A program made the position numbers and the translations under genes. The notes below the pieces were generated by a model. The model had not been told where the DNA came from. It worked only from the letters and a program-made list of their open reading frames with translations, and did no database searches. From Candidatus Kapaibacterium sp. (GTDB lineage: Bacteria; Bacteroidota; Ignavibacteria; Kapaibacteriales; UBA4661): 64,000 nucleotides of DNA. Numbering within the stretch: position 1 is the stretch's first letter; each line of letters begins with the position of its first letter. Below are positions 9,272 to 19,607 of this stretch, one piece after another. The DNA lies in the NCBI GenBank assembly GCA_036847245.1, contig DAIUAL010000001.1, forward strand, positions 4,037 through 68,036, written 5' to 3'.

Positions 9272-9628
9272 TTATTTTTGCTTTTTGGCGTTTGTGTCGT
9301 TGACCGGTTCGGGTACTGCCTTGGTTGTGTCTTTGGGAGCAGGCGGTGTCCAATCAGGCCATACATTAGGCCATGTAGCAAGGCGACTTTGCACGCCCGC
9401 TTTACGATCTTCGCACTCTTTCACATCGGCTTGACGTGCTTTGAGTTCTGGCTCGAGTCGAGCAATATCTTGCTCAACTTTGGCAATTGCTTCGCGCTTC
9501 TGACCTTCTTCGCGCTTCATAGTCATGAGTTGGTTGTATTGCTCTTGCGTCAGTTTGGGGGTACATGCCGTGAGAGCGGCAATGCACATGCCTGCTGAGG
9601 CAAAACGCAGAAGACGTGCTTTTTTCAT
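9272..9628 (-). CDS. hypothetical coiled-coil lipoprotein
   Basis: Lipobox-like N-terminus (…AALTAC) followed by a coiled coil. Co-directional with the LysM protein and phoH. Confidence 0.5.
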   Translation of the reverse strand: MKKARLLRFASAGMCIAALTACTPKLTQEQYNQLMTMKREEGQKREAIAKVEQDIARLEPELKARQADVKECEDRKAGVQSRLATWPNVWPDWTPPAPKDTTKAVPEPVNDTNAKKQK

Positions 9629-9930
9629 CGTTCTTCCTTTACTTGAGTGAAACAGAATGTGAGGAGAAAATTATACTCTATAATCCAAATGATGAAGCGA
9701 TGACTTCATCGCATATCATGACTCGTGCTATGCATATCCTTGCGTAGGACGGTCATGTAACGTACACAACAATCCGCAATATACGATTTCCATGTTTTTT
9801 TCGGGAACAAATGGAAACCGACCGGAAGAGCCGTAACTTTGTGCTTGCCTATAGTTGCTTGGGGCAATTGCTATGCCAACTCTCTTTGTGCTACTGTTAT
9901 TTGTTTTTGCTGTTTCTTTGGGAAAGTCTT

Positions 9931-10866
9931 ATGAGCTATGTGCCTATGCGTCCGCATGTGTTGGGAATAACGGTAGTGGATGATATTCCACTGACTACTT
10001 TACGAGAATACATTGATTGGACACCCTTTTTTTTGTCATGGGAATTACGTGGAAAATACCCTGCCATCTTTGATGATCCGGTTGTCGGCGAAGAGTCGCG
10101 TAAACTCTTTGCAGAAGCAAATGTGCTGATTGATCGCATTGTTGCCGAAAAATCACTCCGCGCCAAAGCTGTGTGCGGATTGTTTCCGGCGAATGCACTT
10201 GACAATGACGACATTGAAGTTTATGCCGATGATACGCGCACATCAGTGCTTGCTACCTTGCATTGTTTGCGACAACAATCGCAAAAATCAACTACGGTGC
10301 CGAATCTTTCGTTGTCGGATTTTATTGCGCCAAAGCGTACAGGTATTGCCGACTATATGGGGGCATTTGCGGTTACTGCAGGGCATGGCACAGATGAATT
10401 GTGTGCTTACTACGAAAAACAGAATGATGATTTTTCTTCGATTATGGTCAAGGCAATCGCCGATCGTTTTGCTGAAGCGGCAGCAGAATGGCTTCACGCG
10501 CAAGTACGCACCACATGGTGGGGCTATGCACCCGATGAACATCTCACGAATGAGTCGCTTATCAAAGAAGAATATCAAGGAATTCGACCTGCTCCGGGGT
10601 ATCCGGCATGTCCTGATCACACGGAAAAACGCACACTCTTCAATTTGCTGTCCGTCGAACAACACACAGGTATGTTTTTAACGGAGAGCTGTGCAATGTT
10701 TCCTGCGGCATCGGTATCCGGTTGGTATTTCGCACATCCGAAAGCAAAGTATTTCCCTCTAGGGCGTATCAATAAAGATCAAGTTGTTGATTATGCTCGA
10801 CGGAAAAATATGTCCGTTGATGAAGTCGAACGATGGCTTGCACCAAACTTGGCGTATGATGTGTGA
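9931..10866 (+). CDS. stand-alone methionine synthase (MetH) reactivation / AdoMet-binding domain protein
   Basis: Near-collinear match to the E. coli MetH C-terminal activation domain. Example: [23 protein letters not shown] vs [23 protein letters not shown], plus [17 protein letters not shown]…HTGM.[15 protein letters not shown].HP…YARRK.[13 protein letters not shown].YD. Start trimmed to ATG 9931. The 9811 extension is hydrophobic junk. Confidence 0.75.
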   Translation: [311 protein letters not shown]

Positions 10867-10944
10867 GACGGAAGATTACCGTGCCAATAAAGACGTTCTG
10901 ATGATGTGCTGATGACAAGCACAGAGCGCGTATGTGCGGCATGA

Positions 10945-12291
10945 TTATCGATGTCCTTGTGATGGTTCTTCTTTTTTCACAAAGATACCCGCAGACAGTG
11001 CCGAGCCATCGGTTGCAGAGGGCGAAAGCCGCACGTACACTTCGCGTGCCGAACCACCGATGATATAAACACCATAATTGGGTTCAACAAGATCAGTCAT
11101 GCCATTCGGCAGAGGGTGAAGAATTTTCTGTACGGCAAAATACTCCTGAACAACCCATCGGTGTGGTACTGCCATTGCCAGCGACAATTGCCATATTTCA
11201 TGAGATACCGATTTGCCGATTATGACATCATCGCCTTCGCACCCATAATCGGATTTCAATACCCAGCGATCTTTATCCATTAAATCGAGGTGAAATTCAG
11301 GATGCAGAACAGAAGCTGTTTGCAAATCGCTCAAACGATAGGTACGTGGCAGGTAGGTGCGGATAATTGACTGCTCATACGCCGAAAAGCGGTCGCAATA
11401 ATGCCACAGTAATGCCATGCTGATTTTATTTTGCGTGAGAATTGCACCAAAAGGATTCACAATACAGGTCGTGCTATGATACTCGGCATTACATAAGAGC
11501 ATGATTTCGCGATGTAGAGGGGTATTGTCAGGCAGAGGGAGCTCGTCGCTCCACGGCGATTGTCGTTCTGTCCACCAATCTGTTTTATAATGACGAATCA
11601 CAATGTCGATGGCTTCCCCAAACATACCAATACGATGAGGTGCGCTATCATGGGGCATCGGATGGAGATTAAACGGCGAACCAAGGACGCACTGCCACCC
11701 GCGCTTTTCGAACCACGAACGGTACAATGCGATCATGGGCATATCCTCGGTAATTTCAGTTGGATAAAGCAAGGCAATACGTGGAGTTTCGGTGAGCAGT
11801 GTAGGATCAATAGTTGCTGTATAGCTTTTCCAGAGCATTGTACAGAAGCGTTCTTCCATCATGTCGTTGGGATCATGCCATGTTGAAGAATGCCCCGCCA
11901 TACTGCGAAAGATACGATTGAGCAATACAGCTTCGGGTTCTCCGCTCGGCGTATCGCTATTCATTTCGCAGACTTGAATGCGTCCATCCTCGCAAACAAA
12001 AGCATCAATGCGTGCAATACCATGCCATGCACCGCCGGAGGCAGACCACAAAAGTTGTTGATAGGGGAGAAATCCATACCACTCTTGTACAATGTCCGGT
12101 TCGGCAAGCAAGAGATCACACAAGCTATCATGCACTTGAGCAATACCTTCGGCAACATGGCAGAACTTTTCATAGAGTGCCGCGGATAAGATGCAAGGAT
12201 TCGACGAAAAACGAGGCTTACCGTCAAGCCAAGGATCAGTAAGAATGCGCGTTGCAATTAATTGCTCAGCGAAGTGCGAGTAAGTATCCAT
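10945..12291 (-). CDS. glutathionylspermidine synthase-like (pre-ATP-grasp) family protein
   Basis: N-terminal block …GKPRFSSNPCIL…YEKF…WHGIARIDAF…VCEMNSDTPSG is typical of the GspS/YgiC-like family. Confidence 0.65.
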   Translation of the reverse strand: MDTYSHFAEQLIATRILTDPWLDGKPRFSSNPCILSAALYEKFCHVAEGIAQVHDSLCDLLLAEPDIVQEWYGFLPYQQLLWSASGGAWHGIARIDAFVCEDGRIQVCEMNSDTPSGEPEAVLLNRIFRSMAGHSSTWHDPNDMMEERFCTMLWKSYTATIDPTLLTETPRIALLYPTEITEDMPMIALYRSWFEKRGWQCVLGSPFNLHPMPHDSAPHRIGMFGEAIDIVIRHYKTDWWTERQSPWSDELPLPDNTPLHREIMLLCNAEYHSTTCIVNPFGAILTQNKISMALLWHYCDRFSAYEQSIIRTYLPRTYRLSDLQTASVLHPEFHLDLMDKDRWVLKSDYGCEGDDVIIGKSVSHEIWQLSLAMAVPHRWVVQEYFAVQKILHPLPNGMTDLVEPNYGVYIIGGSAREVYVRLSPSATDGSALSAGIFVKKEEPSQGHR

Positions 12292-12389
12292 GTGAAAAGA
12301 GCCGTAATTTGAAAAGAGCCGAAATTTGAGAGGAAAAATTTGTCATGACACAGTAACTTGAGTAAAATACTTTTTTCTTTGATGTAGAA

Positions 12390-13157
12390 ATGCACACAGA
12401 CACAACACAACAGCATATTTCGTTACGTATGAGCAAGCATGATAGTATTCAGGGTATTGCTATTGCCCTGACGATTATCGTGGCATGGTGTGTTATGCTA
12501 TACCTTTTACTTCATTTTGATGTAGATACTCATCGTTGGTTTATTTTCCCGGCTTGCCTTGCAATGACCTTACTCTACACGGGACTTTTTATCACGGCAC
12601 ATGATGCCATGCACGGTTCAATTGCACGCCATTTCCGGCGCAGTAATACATTACTTGGTATCATCGCGGTTGCGCTCTATGCCGTTTTTTCATACCGAAA
12701 ACTATGGTTTAAACATTGGGAACATCATCGGCATGTAGCGAGTAGTCAAGACCCCGATTATCATGATGGTGTGCGTACGGGATTTTGGGCATGGTATGGT
12801 CATTTCTTACGCAATTATGTTAGTGTTGGTCAGATCTGTGCTATGGCAATTATCTTCAATGTGTTGCATCATGGTGCGCATATTCCCTTGGGTAATCTTC
12901 TGCTCTTTTGGGTTGCTCCCGCTCTTCTGAGTACACTGCAACTCTTCTATTTCGGCACCTATCGACCGCACAGAGAACCGGAACATGGCTATGACAATCG
13001 GCATCGCTCAACCAGTAATGATTTTCCCGTGTGGTTGTCATTTCTCACTTGTTATCATTTTGGGTATCATTGGGAACATCATGAGTATCCCTCCGTGTCG
13101 TGGTGGCGACTGCCTCGTATTCGGCAACAACGTACAGAGAAATCCATTCATCCATGA
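12390..13157 (+). CDS. crtW: beta-carotene ketolase-like membrane desaturase (CrtW family)
   Basis: 255 aa, four TM helices, histidine boxes HDAMHGS / HWEHHRH / HWEHHEYP in the CrtW spacing (HDxxH, HxxHH, HxxHH). Confidence 0.65.
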   Translation: MHTDTTQQHISLRMSKHDSIQGIAIALTIIVAWCVMLYLLLHFDVDTHRWFIFPACLAMTLLYTGLFITAHDAMHGSIARHFRRSNTLLGIIAVALYAVFSYRKLWFKHWEHHRHVASSQDPDYHDGVRTGFWAWYGHFLRNYVSVGQICAMAIIFNVLHHGAHIPLGNLLLFWVAPALLSTLQLFYFGTYRPHREPEHGYDNRHRSTSNDFPVWLSFLTCYHFGYHWEHHEYPSVSWWRLPRIRQQRTEKSIHP

Positions 13158-13187
13158 TACACCCATCAAAGATGTTTGATGAGTGAA

Positions 13188-14183
13188 TTACAAACTTGCA
13201 TTGACCGTAATGCGATGTGCCATACCTGCCGCACCAAACGAACTGAATCCATAATCCATGCGGATAGATTTTACGACAATACCAATGCCTGCGGTAACAC
13301 CGGATAAGCCAGCTGAACGCTCAGGTGCAAGAGCTTGACGGCGATTGTTGTTGTATCCTACACGCACAAGTGCATTTTTACTAAGGGTAATTTCGCCACC
13401 CACAGAAAAATCTCGAAAGCGTGAAATGAAATCACCATTCTGCCGATTAACGCTATTAAATGAAAAATTGAAGAGCATCGGTAAACCACGTAAAGCATGA
13501 TTAAAGCCCACACGTAAATCAGCGGGCAGACCAAAACGTTCGCCTGTGTACGTGCTTGTTTGTACGCCTGCGTGAATAAGTGCTACCGCTAAATTCACTC
13601 GCTGCTTACTGATGCGATACAACATGCCTGCACTCAAACTCATGCCTGTTGCTCCTGCGTCATCTAATTGGCTGGCGATAAAAGTACCGCTCACACCATA
13701 AAACCAATTCGTATCTAATTGATTGGCATACATGAACGATACTGCCATATCAAATGCCGAAAATGTTCCGGTAATATCACGTCCATTGGTGGTACGGTCA
13801 AATGAACCATAATTGATGTAATTCACAGCAACGCCTGCTGTGCCGCGTGTGCGCAGACCATATCGCTCTAAGGGTGAAGCAAATGCAATCGTGCCTGCAT
13901 TGATGTCGGCAATATGTTTGAAAAAGGTTGCTTCAAAGTTATAGTCCAAGGAGGTCGCAAGAATAGCAGGATTCATCATGCTTGCCGCTACATCACCCTC
14001 TAAAGCAATCCCTGTCCCGCCCAGTCCGGCAATACGAGCTGACGGCTCATTACGCAAAAAGGAAAAACCTGATATTTGCCCAAAGGCGGGTGTAGAAACT
14101 ACAAAAGCAATCAGACAGAATACGCAAGATCGTAGCACGAAGAAGGGCAAATCACAAGAAAAAACACAATGAAATATTCGCAT
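13188..14183 (-). CDS. outer-membrane beta-barrel protein, PorQ/PorV-like (T9SS-associated family)
   Basis: Signal peptide. N-terminal …ARIAGLGGTGIALEGDVAASMMNPA block is typical of the Bacteroidota PorQ/PorV barrel family. Alternating amphipathic pattern throughout. ~330 aa. Confidence 0.4.
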   Translation of the reverse strand: MRIFHCVFSCDLPFFVLRSCVFCLIAFVVSTPAFGQISGFSFLRNEPSARIAGLGGTGIALEGDVAASMMNPAILATSLDYNFEATFFKHIADINAGTIAFASPLERYGLRTRGTAGVAVNYINYGSFDRTTNGRDITGTFSAFDMAVSFMYANQLDTNWFYGVSGTFIASQLDDAGATGMSLSAGMLYRISKQRVNLAVALIHAGVQTSTYTGERFGLPADLRVGFNHALRGLPMLFNFSFNSVNRQNGDFISRFRDFSVGGEITLSKNALVRVGYNNNRRQALAPERSAGLSGVTAGIGIVVKSIRMDYGFSSFGAAGMAHRITVNASL

Positions 14184-14235
14184 ACAGCAAGAGATGTCGT
14201 AACAGAAGAGGAAAGAACTTTATGAAAAAGAAAGA

Positions 14236-14694
14236 TCATGAAGCAGAAATGTTCTGCGAGCGATGAGCATAAGTCATCAAAGCATCAAAAAACCATTGTG
14301 GCGGGCGGATCGGTTTGACCGTACCGGTTTGAGCAAAAGCAAGTTTAGTGTGCCCTTGTACAATCAGTGTTTCCGAACCATCCTGTTCTTTACGAGTAAT
14401 CTTGTACTCAAGGTGCAGAATAGGGCTTCGCTGAATGGTTGCTGTAGTATGGATATACAGTAAGTCATCATACCTCGCCGGAGTTTTGAATTGCAATGTA
14501 GTTTCAATGACGGGAAAAATCACACCACGAGCTTCAATCTCTGCATATGGCAGACCCGCTGCTCGAAGCAATTCTGTACGACCTATCTCAAAATAATACA
14601 GGTAGTTACCATGCCAAACAATTCCCATTTGGTCTGTTTCACCATAACGGGTACGGAGTTCTGAGCGATGATACACTGTAAGTGGTTCGAGCAT
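14236..14694 (-). CDS. acyl-CoA thioesterase (4HBT / YbgC-like hotdog fold)
   Basis: HRSELRTRYGETDQMGIVWHGNYLYYFEIGRTELL is a YbgC/4HBT N-terminal signature with catalytic Asp. Confidence 0.7.
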   Translation of the reverse strand: MLEPLTVYHRSELRTRYGETDQMGIVWHGNYLYYFEIGRTELLRAAGLPYAEIEARGVIFPVIETTLQFKTPARYDDLLYIHTTATIQRSPILHLEYKITRKEQDGSETLIVQGHTKLAFAQTGTVKPIRPPQWFFDALMTYAHRSQNISAS

Positions 14695-14811
14695 GAAAGC
14701 ATTCAAAAAATAACGAGAAGAAATTGGAACTTCGCTGCATCAGTCCGTGCAAAGATGATAAGACTCCATCAAAGAGTATGTCTTCTTATCTGAAAAAAGT
14801 TAGGCATAGCA

Positions 14812-15867
14812 CTACAATTGTACTTGTAGAAGCAGGTCACGTAAGCGCTCTAAGTCATCCGTAGAGTAGAATTCTATTTCGATGGTACCACTGCCATCTG
14901 TACGTGAGCGTACTTTGACCTGTGTTGCTAAGACCTGCTGTAATTCATTCGCTACTGACTCCTCATTAGGGGCAGCCGTAGTTGTAGATTCGTCAGTCGA
15001 AGAAGTTTGCTTGCCTGATTTTTTATTGGGCGCAGAAGATTTTGTTGAAGATTGTCCTTGCACGGCTTGCTGATTTGGTGCCATTGGAGGAGCAACGGCA
15101 ATTGCCGAGAGTGCTTTGGATAAGGTTGTACCATGCTCAACGACTTTTACCAATTCTTCTGTTTTTCGTACTGAAAGTTCGTGCTCTACAATAGCATGAT
15201 ACATATCAGTCATGTCGCTTTCTTGTGATAATGCAAGCAACGAGCGTGCATGACCCATGGTGATTTGCTTAGTACGCAATGCCGTTTGTACATCGCCCGG
15301 TAGACGAAGTAATCGTAAAAAATTGGTGACGGTGGTTCGGTCTTTACCGACTTTTTTTGCAACCTCTTCTTGAATCAAACCACATTCATCCATCAGACGG
15401 CGATAGCCCAGAGCAACTTCAATCGGGTTCAAATTCTCGCGTTGAACGTTCTCGATCAATGCCAATTCCAACATTTCGACATCATGTTCGATATCGAGAA
15501 TGTATGCGGGAATTTTTTTGAGACCAATTTCACGTGACGCACGGAATCGACGTTCACCGGCAATAATTTCATAGCCACCTTCGACTCGGCGAACAGTGAT
15601 CGGTTGGATAACACCTTTTTCTTTGATAGACTTTTTCAAATCTTCGAGTGCAACGGGATCAAAATCTTCGCGAGGTTGCATTTTGTTCGGACGTATTTTC
15701 TCTAATCCGACCATTGCCGTAATGCCGACAGACTGCCCGTCATCGCTACCGGAGATAAGTTGTTGAGCCGGCGCGAATGGATTAATACCACTACCCCCCG
15801 TCATTTGTGTCGGGAGTAGTGCCTCTAAACCTTTGCCAAGTCCTGTAAGTTGTTTTGTTTTTGCCAT
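14812..15867 (-). CDS. parB: chromosome-partitioning protein ParB (Spo0J)
   Basis: ParB box …IQPITVRR…YEIIAGERRFRAS…, HTH …VAKKVGKDRTTVTNFLRLLRLP. Start trimmed to ATG 15867 to avoid overlapping parA. Confidence 0.85.
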   Translation of the reverse strand: MAKTKQLTGLGKGLEALLPTQMTGGSGINPFAPAQQLISGSDDGQSVGITAMVGLEKIRPNKMQPREDFDPVALEDLKKSIKEKGVIQPITVRRVEGGYEIIAGERRFRASREIGLKKIPAYILDIEHDVEMLELALIENVQRENLNPIEVALGYRRLMDECGLIQEEVAKKVGKDRTTVTNFLRLLRLPGDVQTALRTKQITMGHARSLLALSQESDMTDMYHAIVEHELSVRKTEELVKVVEHGTTLSKALSAIAVAPPMAPNQQAVQGQSSTKSSAPNKKSGKQTSSTDESTTTAAPNEESVANELQQVLATQVKVRSRTDGSGTIEIEFYSTDDLERLRDLLLQVQL

Positions 15868-15925
15868 GTTTCTTCTTGAGTAAAAATCTTCTTCGATAAA
15901 ATCGTCTATGTGAAAATGCTTGTTA

Positions 15926-16849
15926 TTACTGCGGATTGATGACAGATTGCTCGGTTGCAGTATGTATTGGAGCAATGGTTTTAGCCGCATGATGTGTGCC
16001 ATTATGTGGATGTTCGGCGACGACAGTATCTATTGTCTGTGTCGTTTCGGGTGGGGCTACGGATACAACTCCTTGCGGAATTGATATGCCATTACGGCGC
16101 ATGATCTCTGTAGCAAGCTCCATATAATGCTTCGATCCGAGCGAAAGTGCATCATATAGTAAAACAGGTTTCCCATGACTTGGCGCTTCAGAAAGCCGCA
16201 CATTACGAGCGATGAGGGTTTCGAGAACATTGTTGCCAAGCAAGCGTTTGACCTCTTGCACGACCTGATTGGATAAGCGCAAACGACTGTCAAACATCGT
16301 CAGTAGAATACCTTCAACGGCAAGATTAGGATTCAGTAATTGCTTTACCCGAGAAATGGTGTTGAGCAATTGCCCAAGACCTTCGAGTGCGTAGTATTCA
16401 CACTGTACCGGAACTAAGATAGAATCTGCCGCTGTAAGTGCATTTAGAGTAAGCAAACCAAGCGATGGGGGGCAGTCAATCAAAATAAATGCATATTTAC
16501 GACGGAGTTCTTCAAGTTTATTACGGAGAACATAGCTTCGATTATCCTCATGCACGAGTTCAATTTCCGCACCGACAAGATTGATATGCGAAGGTAACAA
16601 ATCCAGAAAAGGCATTTCGGTTGCATGAACGGCATCAACACCCGGCAGATCGGTTACCATCAACTCGTAAATCGTGTTTTCTAAATTTTTGACATCAACA
16701 CCAACACCGCTGGAGGCATTGGCTTGAGGATCAATATCAATGATAAGAGTTCTTTGCTCCATCGCGGCGAAGGAGGCAGAAAGATTTACGGCAGTAGTGG
16801 TTTTTCCAACACCGCCTTTTTGATTGGCAATCGCTATAACTTTACCCAT
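15926..16849 (-). CDS. parA: chromosome-partitioning ATPase ParA (Soj) with ~55-aa C-terminal extension
   Basis: Deviant Walker [14 protein letters not shown]. ParA-family blocks follow. Extended C-terminus. Confidence 0.85.
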   Translation of the reverse strand: MGKVIAIANQKGGVGKTTTAVNLSASFAAMEQRTLIIDIDPQANASSGVGVDVKNLENTIYELMVTDLPGVDAVHATEMPFLDLLPSHINLVGAEIELVHEDNRSYVLRNKLEELRRKYAFILIDCPPSLGLLTLNALTAADSILVPVQCEYYALEGLGQLLNTISRVKQLLNPNLAVEGILLTMFDSRLRLSNQVVQEVKRLLGNNVLETLIARNVRLSEAPSHGKPVLLYDALSLGSKHYMELATEIMRRNGISIPQGVVSVAPPETTQTIDTVVAEHPHNGTHHAAKTIAPIHTATEQSVINPQ

Positions 16850-17097
16850 ATGTAGAAAATCGGAGATTCATGGAGAAACAATCATGATCTGTGTTATTGT
16901 ATGTATGCACACACATCATACACAGAGTAGGAAGAATGAAAAGAGGGGCAAACTTACCGAAAATCACCGAAAGCATCGAATACTACCCGCATGATGTCTC
17001 CATATCGAGCTAAAGCAGGAGATAGAGCGCGACTATATTCGTGTTTATGGAAACAATATGGCTAGTCTACATAATCGCATAGCGTAAGAAAATATGC

Positions 17098-18162
17098 TCA
17101 AGGAACACGAAAGAATTGTATCAAATTATCAAGCTGTGAATGCGACAGTGCAATAATCAGACGATCATTGCGTTGAAGGATATATGCCGGGTCGGGCGGA
17201 AAAAAGAGTTTGCCGTCATGTGCAACGATAGCAAGTGCCATAGCATTATAAATGCTCCGTACATCAATATCGGCAAGTGTTCTGCCGATGATGCTTTCTT
17301 TGATAATGATAAATTCTTCGATGACAACATCGAAGGAATATTTCCCGGTAGCTAATTGAAAGGTATCAATAATGCTTGTTTGCAAAAGCATGAGCGTCAG
17401 TCGTGCGGCACCCGAATCATACGGTGATGCTACTTTATTGGCACCGGCGCGAATAAGTTTCGGCACAGTCGAAGCAACATCAGAGCGTGCGACAATATGT
17501 AAATCAGGATTTAAGCCACGAGCAGTGAGAGTCACAAATACATTGAGTGCATCATCGCTGAGGGCTGAAACAAGACCCTTGGCAACACGGATACCGGCTT
17601 GCTCTAAAACTTCTTCTGATGTCGCATCGCCGATGATATGAGGAATACCCAACTCTTTAAGGGTTTTTCTTGTGTCAGGATTTTGATCAATAACGACAAA
17701 GTCCTTACGTAGAGATTGGACTTCGCTTGCAATGCGGTGTCCGATGCGACCATAACCGCAAATAATGTAATGATTATTCATGGCACGAATTTTCCGAAGG
17801 TTTAATCGTTGATAAAGAATTTCTGAATGTAAAATACTTTGGGCAATAATCGTAACTGTATACGACAAACTGCCTACGCCAAGAAAAATAAGACCTATAG
17901 TAAAGACTCGACCATAAAATGATAAGGGATGAATTTCACTAAACCCAATGGTAAACACGGTAATAATGGTCATATACAAGCTGTCGAAGAAATTCCACTG
18001 TTCGATGAACATATAGCCTGTTGTACCTGCAGCAAAGACAAATCCCATGACGCATAAGAGCAGAATAGGTGTATTACTTCGAATACGCCGGAATACGCGC
18101 AAGACAGAGGATTGTGCTTTCATAATGAGTTGTGGAGAGATAGTTGGCGAGAGAGTGTACAC
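17098..18162 (-). CDS. 2-TM pore-loop cation channel with RCK (TrkA-N/TrkA-C) domains; non-canonical selectivity filter
   Basis: Pore region …FFDSLYMTIITVFTIGFSEIHP… (TIGFSE instead of T[VI]GYGD). Rossmann-like RCK block HYIICGYGRIGHRIAS. Alternative start at ATG 18123. Confidence 0.7.
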   Translation of the reverse strand: MYTLSPTISPQLIMKAQSSVLRVFRRIRSNTPILLLCVMGFVFAAGTTGYMFIEQWNFFDSLYMTIITVFTIGFSEIHPLSFYGRVFTIGLIFLGVGSLSYTVTIIAQSILHSEILYQRLNLRKIRAMNNHYIICGYGRIGHRIASEVQSLRKDFVVIDQNPDTRKTLKELGIPHIIGDATSEEVLEQAGIRVAKGLVSALSDDALNVFVTLTARGLNPDLHIVARSDVASTVPKLIRAGANKVASPYDSGAARLTLMLLQTSIIDTFQLATGKYSFDVVIEEFIIIKESIIGRTLADIDVRSIYNAMALAIVAHDGKLFFPPDPAYILQRNDRLIIALSHSQLDNLIQFFRVP

Positions 18163-18218
18163 ATGAGGATTGATACGAATCTATTAAATTCTGCCTTCAA
18201 CCGTGTTCGTTCTTCTTT

Positions 18219-19607
18219 TTGGTTTTTTATTTCATGACTTCACAGATGGCTTCTTCATGGCGAGCATGGGTACTTCTTGCTCTTCTACTCTTAGCATATA
18301 TTTCTTCTATTGTTGATCGTGTAGTGATTTCCTTTGTTGTGCAGCCCATGAAACTTGCTTTTGGGGTGAATGATACGGCAATTTCTTACTTGGGGGGGAT
18401 TGCTTTTACCTTGTTTTATGCAATATTGGGTGTGCCGATTGCCCGCTATGCCGATCGTTTAAATCCCCTCGGTAAAAGCCGACAAATTCTGATTGCAAGC
18501 GGTGTTGGGGTATGGAGTATTGCGACTGTTCTCTGTGGATTTACGACAAGTTACAACAGTATGTTCGCCGCACGGGTGGGTGTTGCTGTAGGTGAGGCAG
18601 TATTGGGTCCTGTGGCATATGCGCTATTGGCGAGCAATTTTACGGAGCGTCAGCGTGGTTTAGCACTCAGCATCTATGGTTTAGGAATTCCCTTTGGGCA
18701 GGGGATTGCTTTTTGGATAGCAGGCAAAGCCGTGCAGTATGCAAGTGGCTTTGCGCAACTCCCCCTATCGAATATCATGGGAGATTTTTTTTCTTCATCC
18801 ATCGGTGCGATGACAATTCCGGGCTGGCAAATTATTTTTCTGGTGGTGGGCATGCCGGGTTTGTTGGTTGCTTTCGCACTTGCACTGTTGCCTGCGCGCT
18901 ACAGTAGTGCAGCTTTTGAAGAACGCCACCATGCAGAGCAACGAACACTCGGTGAATATCTAAGGAACAACATTGCAGCGATTTTGTGGCATTGCGTAGG
19001 TTTTGGAGTTTTTGCCATGTATTATCAAGGGTGTGGCTTTTGGTTTGTCGAGCATTTTGTACGGAGTTATGGGTGGAATAAAGCAGATATTGGTGCGGCG
19101 TATGGTATATGTGCTGCTGTCTTTGGTACCGGTGGTTTAATCATTGCCGGTATGACAAGCAGAGTAGAGCATGGTGATGTACAGCATGGTGATGTACAGC
19201 ATGATGTACGAAACACATTGCATCGCAAATATCATTTACTTCGTATAGGGTCGGTGATGTTATGTTTCGTAGGTGTATTTATGCCGCTTATGCCAACCGG
19301 TATCGGCTCGGTGATTGTTTTGGGAATGGTATGCTTTGTAGGATTAGCACCGTATGGTATTGCGGCAGCGGTTATTCAAGATACAACGCCCGTCTATTTG
19401 CGAGCACAGATGGGAGGTGTGTACTTGTTGGTATTGAATGTTATTGCAGGGGTGTGCGGACCCGTTGTCGTATCATGGATCACGGAGTATGCTTTTGGGT
19501 ATTCGGGTGCATTACGATATAGCATCAGTATCATTGGCGGTGTCTGTGGTATAGTGTCGTGGTGGATGTTTGGTCGTGCGCAAGCAGAATACGATAAGAT
19601 TGTGTGA
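18219..19607 (+). CDS. MFS-family transporter
   Basis: 12-TM architecture and MFS motif region (…VDRVVISFV…). Contains an in-frame 15-bp tandem repeat at 19169..19209 encoding HGDVQHGDVQHDV. Confidence 0.75.
   Translation: MVFYFMTSQMASSWRAWVLLALLLLAYISSIVDRVVISFVVQPMKLAFGVNDTAISYLGGIAFTLFYAILGVPIARYADRLNPLGKSRQILIASGVGVWSIATVLCGFTTSYNSMFAARVGVAVGEAVLGPVAYALLASNFTERQRGLALSIYGLGIPFGQGIAFWIAGKAVQYASGFAQLPLSNIMGDFFSSSIGAMTIPGWQIIFLVVGMPGLLVAFALALLPARYSSAAFEERHHAEQRTLGEYLRNNIAAILWHCVGFGVFAMYYQGCGFWFVEHFVRSYGWNKADIGAAYGICAAVFGTGGLIIAGMTSRVEHGDVQHGDVQHDVRNTLHRKYHLLRIGSVMLCFVGVFMPLMPTGIGSVIVLGMVCFVGLAPYGIAAAVIQDTTPVYLRAQMGGVYLLVLNVIAGVCGPVVVSWITEYAFGYSGALRYSISIIGGVCGIVSWWMFGRAQAEYDKIV

Noticed and set aside
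9811-9930. 40-aa hydrophobic N-terminal extension of the MetH-domain ORF
   Set aside because: The homology to the MetH activation domain begins after ATG 9931. The extension is low-complexity.
9629-9930. Riboswitch (SAM or cobalamin) upstream of the MetH-domain gene
   Set aside because: No B12-box or SAM-I core sequence could be recognised by eye.
15529-15546. parS site inside parB (caatTTCACGTGAcgc)
   Set aside because: Only the central CACGTG palindrome and one half-arm match the tGTTTCACGTGAAACa consensus, with ~6 mismatches. Not convincing without a lineage-specific consensus.
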